Assembly (NCBI GenBank): GCA_003232965.1
Contig: QIKG01000097.1
Span: 1 to 40,406, forward strand
Source of the DNA: Oceanospirillales bacterium
GTDB lineage: Bacteria > Pseudomonadota > Gammaproteobacteria > Xanthomonadales > SZUA-36
DNA: 40,406 nucleotides
Direction of reading: 5' to 3'
The number at the start of each line of letters is the position of its first letter. The stretch's first letter is position 1. The notes below the pieces were generated by a model. It did not search any database. It was not told the origin of the DNA and saw only the letters and a list, made by a program, of their open reading frames with translations. This document shows positions 9,419-17,863 of the stretch, in pieces. A program made the position numbers and the translations under genes.

Positions 9419-9615
9419 CCTAACTATACAATTGTACCGTATTGAATTTATAAAATGTACAGAGTTAGCGTGCAAGCGGCTTTAGCCTTGACTTTAAGTG
9501 CTGTCGATGAGATTACAATAATATCACAGGGTCTATATCATTCCGCTATAATTAAAACCCTGAAACCCAAACCCTTGTTTGGCACAACAAAAACGTATAA
9601 GCATCCCTTAATATA

Positions 9616-10269
9616 ATGAATGTAGAACAAATAACCGAAACGATTCGGGGTTATCAAAAAGACGGAAAGAGACTGTTTGCAAGCTCCTCTTTCCAAACTC
9701 ATAGCATCCCCCTGTTACACATAATTAGCCAAATTGATCGCTCCATTCCAGTCATATTTATCAATACAGGTTATTTGTTCCCTGCAACATTAATATTTCG
9801 TGACCAGGTGGCTAAATCACTAGGGCTTACCATCATCAATGTATCATCGGTTGTCTCGCGCAATTTACAAAGGGATGGAACTGGAAACCTTTTTTTCACC
9901 TCCGACCCAGACCGGTGCTGCTATTTGAACAAAACCCAGCCAATGGAGCCAGTTCTTACAGAATATGATATCTGGATTAACGGTATTCGTGCTGACCAAA
10001 ATGCCAATCGCAATAAAATGAGCGTAGAACAAGATGGCGCCTTTAACTGCAAGCGATTTCACCCACTTCTTGACTGGGATAACCGGATGGTTTATCGCTA
10101 TATTAATCAGCACAAGCTCCCCCGACACCCACTGGATGACCAGGGGTATTTAAGTATTGGTTGTGAGCCTTGTACTCGAAAATTAGATATGACAAACGAT
10201 CGCGACGGACGCTGGTTCGGTTTAAATAAAACCGAATGTGGCCTGCATACTGACCTGGTGAGCAAATAA
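9616..10269 (+). CDS. cysH: adenylylsulfate (APS) reductase-type CysH family protein (Fe-S cysteine pairs present)
   Basis: SSSFQTHSIPLLHIISQIDRSIPVIFINTGYLFPAT parallels CysH. It carries the cysteine pairs DRCCYLNKTQP and SIGCEPCT plus a C-terminal TECGLH, which is the pattern of Fe-S APS reductases rather than E. coli-type PAPS reductase. Confidence 0.85.
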   Translation: MNVEQITETIRGYQKDGKRLFASSSFQTHSIPLLHIISQIDRSIPVIFINTGYLFPATLIFRDQVAKSLGLTIINVSSVVSRNLQRDGTGNLFFTSDPDRCCYLNKTQPMEPVLTEYDIWINGIRADQNANRNKMSVEQDGAFNCKRFHPLLDWDNRMVYRYINQHKLPRHPLDDQGYLSIGCEPCTRKLDMTNDRDGRWFGLNKTECGLHTDLVSK

Positions 10270-11186
10270 TGAAAATACTAATTACCGGCGGCGCAGGTTA
10301 TGTTGGAACCGTACTCAGCTATCAACTGGAAAATATCGCTGATATAGAAGAAATTATCATTTATGACAATTTACACCGCGGTAACTACAACCTGTTTATT
10401 GGCAGTAGCAAGTTAAAGAAAAAGTTAAGCTTTGTTGCAGGGGATATTCTTGATACCCGCAAACTGAAGCAGGCTCTTGAAGGTGTCGACATCGTTTATC
10501 ATTTAGCCGCAACTGTAACCACGCCCTTTGCTGACCAGGACCCGCATTTTTTTGAACAAATCAATCACTGGGGAACCGCTGAGTTAGTTAACGCCGTAGA
10601 AAAGAGCGGTGTCAAAAAATTCATTTATCTCAGCAGTGCATCTGTCTATGGAGATACTGCTGAAGAAGTTGATATAAATACCCCGGCAAATCCGATAACT
10701 TTCTACAGCATCTCAAAAATGCGTGGTGAAGAGCATGTCAGCAGATTGTCTGAATTAAAAATTGATACCTATATTTTTCGTTGCGCTAATGTGTATGGTT
10801 ATAGTAAAAGCATGCGATTTAATTCAGTCATCAACCGGTTTATGTTCAACGCAAACTTCACAAACCGCATCACCATTAACGGGAATGGTGAACAGCAGCG
10901 TTCGTTTATTCATATTGAAAAAGCTGCTTCTACCCTAGCCAGCCTTGTAAATACAAATTTAGTGGGTGGAAAATACAACCTCACAGAAAATATACTCTCT
11001 ATTAATGACATTGCTGACACGCTAAAGGAAGTTTATTCAAACCTAGAATATCTTTATATAAATCAGCAGCTTAATCTACATCAGCTCAAATTAAAGCCTG
11101 ACCCTGTTGTTAATGCGATGTCCAATACCAAAACACCAAGCCTGAAAGAATCACTTGAAATTTTTAAAAAGGCATTTACTTTTTAG
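10269..11186 (+). CDS. NAD-dependent epimerase/dehydratase (extended SDR)
   Basis: Motifs MKILITGGAGYVGTVL and YSISK (YxxxK). Its start overlaps the cysH stop (TAATG). Confidence 0.8.
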   Translation: MKILITGGAGYVGTVLSYQLENIADIEEIIIYDNLHRGNYNLFIGSSKLKKKLSFVAGDILDTRKLKQALEGVDIVYHLAATVTTPFADQDPHFFEQINHWGTAELVNAVEKSGVKKFIYLSSASVYGDTAEEVDINTPANPITFYSISKMRGEEHVSRLSELKIDTYIFRCANVYGYSKSMRFNSVINRFMFNANFTNRITINGNGEQQRSFIHIEKAASTLASLVNTNLVGGKYNLTENILSINDIADTLKEVYSNLEYLYINQQLNLHQLKLKPDPVVNAMSNTKTPSLKESLEIFKKAFTF

Positions 11187-11263
11187 TTCTTGATAAGGCA
11201 AATAAAACAACCGCTCAGTCAATTGATTAATTCGATCTTATTGCCTGGTTTTCTGGTGTCAAA

Positions 11264-11959
11264 TCAGTTTTTAATAAATTGCTTATAGGCACTAACAACT
11301 TCCTCAGTCTCACCAATCATCTTGATTTTTCCTTGATCTAGCCATAGTGCGCGCTCACAAAGTTTTAGTATCTGATTCATGGAATGAGAAACCAGAACAA
11401 CCGTTTGTTTTGAGTTAATTTTATCCAGCATGGCCTTATTAGCTTTCAGCTTAAATTTACCATCACCTACACCGAGAACTTCGTCAATCAGCAAAAGCTC
11501 TGATCTCATTTTCAGCGCCACTGAAAACCCAAGCCGGGCACGCATGCCGCTTGAGTAGGTTTTAATCGGATTGTCAATAAAATCTTCGAGCTCTGAAAAC
11601 TCAATAATTTCATCAAGCATGGCAAGCACTTCTCGTTTACGGGCTCCCAAAAACATGCCACTAATAATCGCATTGTCCCTACCGGACAGCTCAGGATCAA
11701 AGCCTAAGGCTAAAGACAGTAGGGCAACCTGCTTGCAGTGCCAGCTAACTGTGCCGCTATCGACCTCATAAATATTGGCCAACACCCTTAACAAAGTAGA
11801 TTTACCACAACCATTAGAGCCCAAAACACCCAGTGTTTCACCTCTTTTTATGGTAAAACTCACATCCTCAAGGGCTGCAAAATAATCATGCCGAAAAAAG
11901 GAACGGCGGGTTCTGTATTGAACCCCAACATTATGCAATTCCATCACATTATTGTTCAC
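11264..11959 (-). CDS. wzt: polysaccharide/O-antigen export ABC transporter ATP-binding protein (Wzt/KpsT-like, NBD only)
   Basis: Walker A GSNGCGKST, signature YSSGMRARLGF and Walker B LLLIDEVL are present. It is only 231 aa, so it has no C-terminal carbohydrate-binding extension. The GTG start overlaps the wzm stop (GTGA). Confidence 0.85.
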   Translation of the reverse strand: MNNNVMELHNVGVQYRTRRSFFRHDYFAALEDVSFTIKRGETLGVLGSNGCGKSTLLRVLANIYEVDSGTVSWHCKQVALLSLALGFDPELSGRDNAIISGMFLGARKREVLAMLDEIIEFSELEDFIDNPIKTYSSGMRARLGFSVALKMRSELLLIDEVLGVGDGKFKLKANKAMLDKINSKQTVVLVSHSMNQILKLCERALWLDQGKIKMIGETEEVVSAYKQFIKN

Positions 11960-12732
11960 TGTGCTATCAACCGCGCATAATTAGTTTCTGTTTTTCGGTA
12001 ATACCATGTCATAGCGATAATTAAAACCAAACTACCAAGGCAAATCAAACCCAGTGCAGACCAGTCAGGGAGAACATTATCCATTAGCACCTGTCGATAG
12101 TTTTTAATTAGGTTAGCTATAGGGTTCATCAAAAATAGGCGCTGATGATCCGGGTGAATAACATCTGTATAACTATAAAATATTCCTGAGCCTAGCATCA
12201 GGGCCATTAATCCCGTAGAAACCAAATATCGAAAATCAGGAATATAGGGCGTCACTGCCGCCACCAACATCGCAACCGCAAAAGTTAACAAAAACTGAGT
12301 TAATATCACAAAAATTATACTAAGCCAGACCCAGGAAATATCAAGCCCATAGAGATACAAAAAACCAAACATAAACGCAAACACCACTGTTTGCTTGAAA
12401 GCATCCTGAAATACAACCAATAGCGGAAAGAAAGGCATTGGAATAGACACTTGGTTAATCAGACCGCGACCTGCAGTGATCGAGCCAGTCGCATTGCCAA
12501 TGCTACGGGAAAACCACGAAAAAGGGATTCTTCCACAGATCAGAAAAATTAAAAAATTTGATGTCCTTGTTTCCAGAAAAACACCGAAAACCAGATAGAG
12601 TACCGCCACCATCAAGGCAGGCTCCAATAACCACCAAATATAACTAAGGTAGGTTTTTGAGGCCTCAGATTTTAAATTGAACACCAACTTGGTGAAGAAC
12701 ACCTCAACGAGGTGTGCTCTAGATATAAACAT
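11956..12732 (-). CDS. wzm: polysaccharide/O-antigen export ABC-2 permease (Wzm/KpsM-like)
   Basis: 258-aa protein with about six hydrophobic spans, immediately upstream of and overlapping the ATPase gene. The N-terminus YLSYIWWLLEPALMV is typical of the ABC-2 family. Confidence 0.85.
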   Translation of the reverse strand: MFISRAHLVEVFFTKLVFNLKSEASKTYLSYIWWLLEPALMVAVLYLVFGVFLETRTSNFLIFLICGRIPFSWFSRSIGNATGSITAGRGLINQVSIPMPFFPLLVVFQDAFKQTVVFAFMFGFLYLYGLDISWVWLSIIFVILTQFLLTFAVAMLVAAVTPYIPDFRYLVSTGLMALMLGSGIFYSYTDVIHPDHQRLFLMNPIANLIKNYRQVLMDNVLPDWSALGLICLGSLVLIIAMTWYYRKTETNYARLIAQ

Positions 12733-12852
12733 TCTTATTCACTAATGTGACCGCACAATTTGCATTGTAACACTTTCGCACTCACCGGTAATTGTTGGAT
12801 CAAGGTCAGGCTTTGAGTGCCGCTTCTTTAATGTATGATAGGCACCTAATCG

Positions 12853-12886
12853 GTTTAGACCCCTGAGTTTAGACTTGAGTTTAGAC
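12853..12886. promoter_or_regulatory. three direct repeats of GTTTAGAC (12853, 12867, 12879) in the wzm / GT2 divergent intergenic region
   Basis: Read directly: cGGTTTAGACccctgaGTTTAGACttgaGTTTAGACtgtg. The last two copies form a 12-nt tandem, TGAGTTTAGACT. They lie between divergent starts at 12732 and 12964. Confidence 0.3.
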
Positions 12887-12963
12887 TGTGCCCTCTTGCT
12901 CATCAACAAGAGCTTGTTTCAACAAAGCCTGCCTGTGCAGCCTTACATGCAAAGTGGTGTCAG

Positions 12964-14559
12964 ATGCGAGAAGTTTTTTACAAGGCTTACTTCAAACTGC
13001 TGTCTATACGGCCACTGGGCGCTTGGATGCAGAATTTGCGTCAAATTCTTGGCAAACACCTTAATCAGGCCGCTACGAAAAACGATTTAGTCACAATAAG
13101 GGCCCTTGCACAGCATCGCCATGCAGCTATTCTAAAGCTGATTAATAAAAACAGAAGAAAACGGACTGACCTACCGAGCATAGACTTGGTATTGGTTGCA
13201 AGCAATGATATTAAAAGCTTTGTGATCAGCCTACGCACAATCAAAAAACAGTCATACCCTAGTGAAAAAATCACACTAACGATCCTGCTGCTAGGAAATC
13301 AACAAATATCTGCAATGCCACTGCTGCCCGTTAATACTTTCAAGGCACAATATATCCAACTAACAGAGGAAAACACCACAGCCGCCTTTTTTCAGGCTAT
13401 CGAAAACCTAAGCGCCCCTTACTTTTTGCTAATGCAGCAACCATTTGAGTTAGCTGAACACTGTCTTGAAACCTGTGTACAAAATTGCATAGCAAGCGAT
13501 ACAGACACCAGCTTGTGGGAACTTAGTCCATCACTTAGCAAGCGAGTAACCTATTATGACCCTGTAACGCTGGAGGTTCCGAGTTCCGATTTAGAGCTTG
13601 GCATTATCAGGCGACAGTCATACCTTACTATTGGTGGCTTTAATCCACAACTTCCGCTTTCTCAACAAGGGTTTGATCTAGGCTTCCGTCTACGCTCTCA
13701 CGGGTATCGCTTGAAAAACATTGGCCAATCCGAGCTTTACCAAAGCTCTCGTGTAAGCAACAACAGCCTAATACAATCATCAAGATTGCATAGCCAAGAA
13801 ACTGATTTCGGTATGGGGTCCTGCCTTAAGCTTTCAACAGTACTTCCCCAAAAAGAGACTAAAGTTTCGATAGTTATGCGCACTTATGCAGGCAGAAGTG
13901 CATGGCTTCACGAAAGCATTTGTAGTGTACTCAACCAGACTCACCCTAATATTGAGCTTATTATTATTGAAGACGGCTCAAATGAGCATTCGGTGCTGAT
14001 AAATCAACTCCTACCCGCATTAAACCCTGGGCAGAGCATAAAGTACTTAAGCCAACAGAAGCTTGGCAAAGCCCATGCCGGCAACCTAGGCCTAGAGAGC
14101 GCTACCGGCAACTATATTGGTTTTTTGGATGATGACGACCTATTGTTTGCCAATCATGTTGAGTTGCTATTAGGCACAGCCCTTGCAAACAAGCAGGCAA
14201 GCGGGGCATACGCACTAGCCTGGGAGGTGCGAACGGCTACTCCCCCGGGAATGCCATACGCTGAACAACACTACGAAGTACCCGCAACATCTCGACAAAC
14301 CTATTCCCGAGAGGCCTTCCTGAAACATAACCTCTGGTCGATTCAAAGCGTGCTCTTTGAAAGAAGCCTTTATGACCGATATGGGGGCTTCAATATTAAA
14401 TGTGAACACCTGGAAGACTGGGATCTATGGCTTCGCTACACCCAGACATCCCACTTTGCATTTCTTCCCCATATCACATCACTTTACCGCACGCCTGCCG
14501 ACCCTTATCAATTTTTATCTCGCGTCGGCAATCCAGAAAGAAGAGCCCTGATAGAGTAA
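12964..14559 (+). CDS. two-domain glycosyltransferase: degenerate GT2-like N-domain plus canonical GT2 C-domain
   Basis: The C-domain has VSIVMRTYAGRSAWLHESICSVLNQTHPNIELIIIEDGS and GFLDDDDLLFANH. The N-domain (IDLVLVASNDIKSFVISLRTIKKQSYPSEKITLTILL) is GT2-shaped, but LLMQQP replaces the DxD. The start is uncertain. Confidence 0.75.
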   Translation: MREVFYKAYFKLLSIRPLGAWMQNLRQILGKHLNQAATKNDLVTIRALAQHRHAAILKLINKNRRKRTDLPSIDLVLVASNDIKSFVISLRTIKKQSYPSEKITLTILLLGNQQISAMPLLPVNTFKAQYIQLTEENTTAAFFQAIENLSAPYFLLMQQPFELAEHCLETCVQNCIASDTDTSLWELSPSLSKRVTYYDPVTLEVPSSDLELGIIRRQSYLTIGGFNPQLPLSQQGFDLGFRLRSHGYRLKNIGQSELYQSSRVSNNSLIQSSRLHSQETDFGMGSCLKLSTVLPQKETKVSIVMRTYAGRSAWLHESICSVLNQTHPNIELIIIEDGSNEHSVLINQLLPALNPGQSIKYLSQQKLGKAHAGNLGLESATGNYIGFLDDDDLLFANHVELLLGTALANKQASGAYALAWEVRTATPPGMPYAEQHYEVPATSRQTYSREAFLKHNLWSIQSVLFERSLYDRYGGFNIKCEHLEDWDLWLRYTQTSHFAFLPHITSLYRTPADPYQFLSRVGNPERRALIE

Positions 14560-14619
14560 GTAAAAAGCTGTATACTTACCGGTTAAGTATTCAAAAAAAT
14601 ACATTGGGGATCCTTTAGG

Positions 14620-15648
14620 ATGAAGAATTTTTTATCAAATAAACGCGTCTTGGTTACGGGCGTTTGTGGTACTGTCGGCAGAGAAATTACGCGGATGTTA
14701 CTATCTGGTGACTTTGGCGAACTGGCTGAATTAATTGGTATCGATAACAACGAATCCGAATTATTTTTTGTGGCCCAAGAATTTAACCAGCCCAGCGCTC
14801 AGTTTTTTCTACGAGACCTAAGAGATTACCCGGGTTTACAGGAGGTTTGCCAAAATGTTGATGTTGTTTTCCATGCTGCTGCACTTAAACATGTGGGTAT
14901 TTGCGAACTTTCACCCAGTGAGGCGGTGCAAACCAACATCATAGGCCTTCAAAATTTGATTAATGCCGCTAAAAGATGCCGAGTCGAGCATTTCATTTTT
15001 ACCAGTTCCGATAAAGCGGTTAACCCTACCAATGTAATGGGAACATCTAAGTTAATGGGCGAGCGTTTGGTTACCGCGGCGAACAATTCACGCGAAAACC
15101 AGGGCACCATTTTTGCATCTACACGGTTTGGTAATGTGCTGGGTTCGCGGGGTTCAGTAGTGCCAATATTTCACGACCAAATACTTCAAGGCAAAGATAT
15201 AACCTTAACCAGCCCTGAAATGACACGATTTATTATGTCTATCAGCGAGGCAGCCGACCTTGTCATTGCTTCTGCTGCCGAGGCCAAGGGCGGGGAAGTT
15301 TTTATTACCAAAATGCCGGTTATCCGTATTCAGGATCTTGCTGAAGTAATGGTAGATATGCTGGTGGAAGAGCACTCGCTACCAAAACGGTCAAACATTA
15401 TCGAAATTGGCGTCAAGCCCGGCGAAAAGCTCTATGAAGAACTAATGAGCGATGAAGAAACCGCCCGTGCATTGGAAACAGAGCCGTATTTTGTAGTGTT
15501 GCCGGCGTTCCGGGATATGTACGATATCGACTATAGTTATAACAATGAAGTCGCTAACGCTCTGCTTAAGCCGTATAAATCATCTGAAGAAAAAATGCTT
15601 AGCCAGGCTGAATTAAAAGACTACTTACAAAAGTTTAATATTGTTTAA
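14620..15648 (+). CDS. nucleotide-sugar 4,6-dehydratase/epimerase of the Polysacc_synt_2 family (PseB/CapD/FnlA-like)
   Basis: Motifs KRVLVTGVCGTVGREI, TSSDKAVNPTNVMGTSK and TRFGNVLGSRGSVVPIF. Confidence 0.8.
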   Translation: MKNFLSNKRVLVTGVCGTVGREITRMLLSGDFGELAELIGIDNNESELFFVAQEFNQPSAQFFLRDLRDYPGLQEVCQNVDVVFHAAALKHVGICELSPSEAVQTNIIGLQNLINAAKRCRVEHFIFTSSDKAVNPTNVMGTSKLMGERLVTAANNSRENQGTIFASTRFGNVLGSRGSVVPIFHDQILQGKDITLTSPEMTRFIMSISEAADLVIASAAEAKGGEVFITKMPVIRIQDLAEVMVDMLVEEHSLPKRSNIIEIGVKPGEKLYEELMSDEETARALETEPYFVVLPAFRDMYDIDYSYNNEVANALLKPYKSSEEKMLSQAELKDYLQKFNIV

Positions 15649-15680
15649 GATTAAAAGTCTCAAACAAAGAGGAGAATAAA

Positions 15681-16826
15681 ATGCGCGTTCTAATACTTGG
15701 GGGTGATGGTTATCTGGGCTGGCCCACCGCAATGCACTTTTCAGCCAAAGGCCACGAAGTTGCCGTGGTTGATAATTACCTGAGGCGCAACATTGCGCGC
15801 GAAACCGACAGCGGAACCCTCTACCCCACGCCTAACCTGCACGAGCGTGCAGAAATATGGGAAGATCATTCCGGTAAAAATATTTCTGTTCATATTGGTG
15901 ACCTGTGCGACTGGAATTTTATTAATTCCCTATTTGCCGAATTTAAACCCGACACCATTATTCATTACGCCGAACAACCTTCTGCTCCCTATTCAATGTT
16001 AAGTACAGCCGCAGCCCGGCTGACTCTCTCAAACAATATTGGGGTCACCGGCAATGTTGTGCTGGCGATGAAAGAACACTGCCCTGATGCTCACCTCATC
16101 AAACTGGGCACAATGGGCGAATATGGCACCCCCAATATTGATATAGAAGAAGGCTGGCTTGAAGTTGAACACAAAGGCCGCTCCCAAAAATTTCTCTACC
16201 CCCGCCAGGCAGGCAGTTTGTACCACACCACCAAAGTAATGGACACCGATCTGCTTTGGTTTTATGTGCGTACCTGGGGATTACGAGTAACCGACCTTAT
16301 GCAAGGCCCGGTATATGGCATCTTTACGGATGAAAATACCCACGACGACCGCTTGTTGCCCTGTTTTGCCTATGATGAGATATTTGGCACAGTTATCAAT
16401 CGCTTTGTTGTACAAGCCGTTGCCGGTTACCCACTAACAGTATATGGCAAAGGAGGCCAAACGCGGGGTTACCTCAATCTGAAAGACACCCTGCAATGCC
16501 TTTTACTTGCAGCAGAAAACCCAGCTGATAGCGGTGAAATGAAAATTTACAATCAACTAACTGAAACATTCTCGGTGAATGAAATTGCCGACCATGTGCA
16601 GCGTGTTGGTAAGCAGTTTGGGCTGGATGTACAAATAAAAAGCATAGAAAACCCGAGAAAAGAGTTGGAAGAACATTACTACAACCCGGCACACACCGGA
16701 CTGCTAGAGCTTGGGCTAAAACCAAACTATCTCACAGACGAGGCGCTTGGAGAAATCATCCAAAAAGTCATTCAATATAAAGATGACATTGTGCAAGACC
16801 GTATTTTCCGTGGTGTTAAGTGGTGA
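15681..16826 (+). CDS. sqdB: UDP-sulfoquinovose synthase
   Basis: Resembles SQD1/SqdB end to end (from memory). Shared motifs: MRVLILGGDGYLGWPTA, EQPSAPYSM, KLGTMGEYGTPNIDIEEG, YHTTK, LTVYGKGGQTRGYL, FSVNE and EEHYYNP. A GAGGAG ribosome-binding site precedes the ATG. Confidence 0.9.
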   Translation: MRVLILGGDGYLGWPTAMHFSAKGHEVAVVDNYLRRNIARETDSGTLYPTPNLHERAEIWEDHSGKNISVHIGDLCDWNFINSLFAEFKPDTIIHYAEQPSAPYSMLSTAAARLTLSNNIGVTGNVVLAMKEHCPDAHLIKLGTMGEYGTPNIDIEEGWLEVEHKGRSQKFLYPRQAGSLYHTTKVMDTDLLWFYVRTWGLRVTDLMQGPVYGIFTDENTHDDRLLPCFAYDEIFGTVINRFVVQAVAGYPLTVYGKGGQTRGYLNLKDTLQCLLLAAENPADSGEMKIYNQLTETFSVNEIADHVQRVGKQFGLDVQIKSIENPRKELEEHYYNPAHTGLLELGLKPNYLTDEALGEIIQKVIQYKDDIVQDRIFRGVKW

Positions 16827-17812
16827 GTAGTAAAAAATGGCTTATCACCGGAGGCTGTGGCTTTATTGGTACATCGCTAATACAACAACTACTGAAAAAC
16901 GATGCGCATACCGACATCCGAATACTGGATAACTTGTCGGTAGGTTCCGAGGAAGACCTTGCTGAAGTGGCTGAATTTAATAAAATAAGCCACCCCGATG
17001 CCCCACCTGAAGGTGTTGAGTTACTGGTTGGCGACATAACAAACGCACAAGACTGCCTAGATGCAAGCAAAGGTATCGATATTATTGTGCACCTTGCAGC
17101 CAATACCGGTGTTGGGCCTTCCGTTGAAGATCCCGAAGGGGATATGCGGGCAAATGTTATCGGCATTTTCAATATGCTGGAGGCTGCGCGGACAAATGCT
17201 GTCAATAAATTCATTTTTGCATCATCCGGCGCACCCATTGGAGAACTAAAAAACCCTCCCATACATGAGGAACTGGCAGCCCACCCAGTTTCACCTTATG
17301 GTGCAAGCAAGCTGGCGGGTGAAGGGTATTGTTCCGCCTATTACCACTCCTTTGGTATCAACACTATTGCCTTGCGGTTTGGTAATGTTTACGGGCCCAG
17401 GAGCAAACACAAAGCCAGCGTTGTTGCCAAGTTCATTAAACAGGCAATAAACGGTGAGACCTGTGAAATTTATGGTACGGGTCTGCAGACCAGGGATTTT
17501 ATTTATATACTGGATCTCGTAGATGCCATCATCAAATCCGCTCAGGTAGATATCGGTGGCGAGGTTTTCCAAATTGCCAGCAGCAAAGAGCGCACAGTCA
17601 ATGAAATCGCAAAAATTGTAGAACAAGAGCTAAAACATCATGGGACGAACCTAAAACTGAAATATGGAGAAGCCAGACCCGGCGATGTCATGAGAAATTT
17701 TTCTGATACAACCAAAGCAAAAAAAATCTTAGGTTGGCATGCGATAACAAATATCAATTATGGGATAAATAAAACAATTGAAAATTTGATAAAAAATCTT
17801 TATCCTAAATAG
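16820..17812 (+). CDS. NAD-dependent sugar-nucleotide epimerase (GalE/WbpP-like extended SDR)
   Basis: Motifs WLITGGCGFIGTSL, SPYGASKLAGE and LRFGNVYGP. The GTG starts at 16820/16823 overlap the sqdB stop codon (16824-16826). Confidence 0.8.
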   Translation: MVSSKKWLITGGCGFIGTSLIQQLLKNDAHTDIRILDNLSVGSEEDLAEVAEFNKISHPDAPPEGVELLVGDITNAQDCLDASKGIDIIVHLAANTGVGPSVEDPEGDMRANVIGIFNMLEAARTNAVNKFIFASSGAPIGELKNPPIHEELAAHPVSPYGASKLAGEGYCSAYYHSFGINTIALRFGNVYGPRSKHKASVVAKFIKQAINGETCEIYGTGLQTRDFIYILDLVDAIIKSAQVDIGGEVFQIASSKERTVNEIAKIVEQELKHHGTNLKLKYGEARPGDVMRNFSDTTKAKKILGWHAITNINYGINKTIENLIKNLYPK

Positions 17813-17863
17813 CTTAAATAAAATTAGCTAATCACACATATATATTATAAAAGGTAGCGAAAC

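Noticed and set aside
9488-9519. TTGACT ... TACAAT as a sigma-70 promoter for cysH.
   Set aside because: The hexamers are good, but the spacer is 20 nt, which is outside the usual 16-18 nt. It is not reported as a feature.
11187-11263. Possible bidirectional terminator between the convergent SDR and wzt genes.
   Set aside because: Only an imperfect AAGGCAA / TTGCCT pairing with a ~35-nt loop is present. That is not convincing.
16816-17262. 148-aa minus-strand ORF.
   Set aside because: It is entirely antisense to the well-supported SDR epimerase gene. It is Ser/Ala-rich and low-complexity, with no ribosome-binding site, so it is a shadow ORF.
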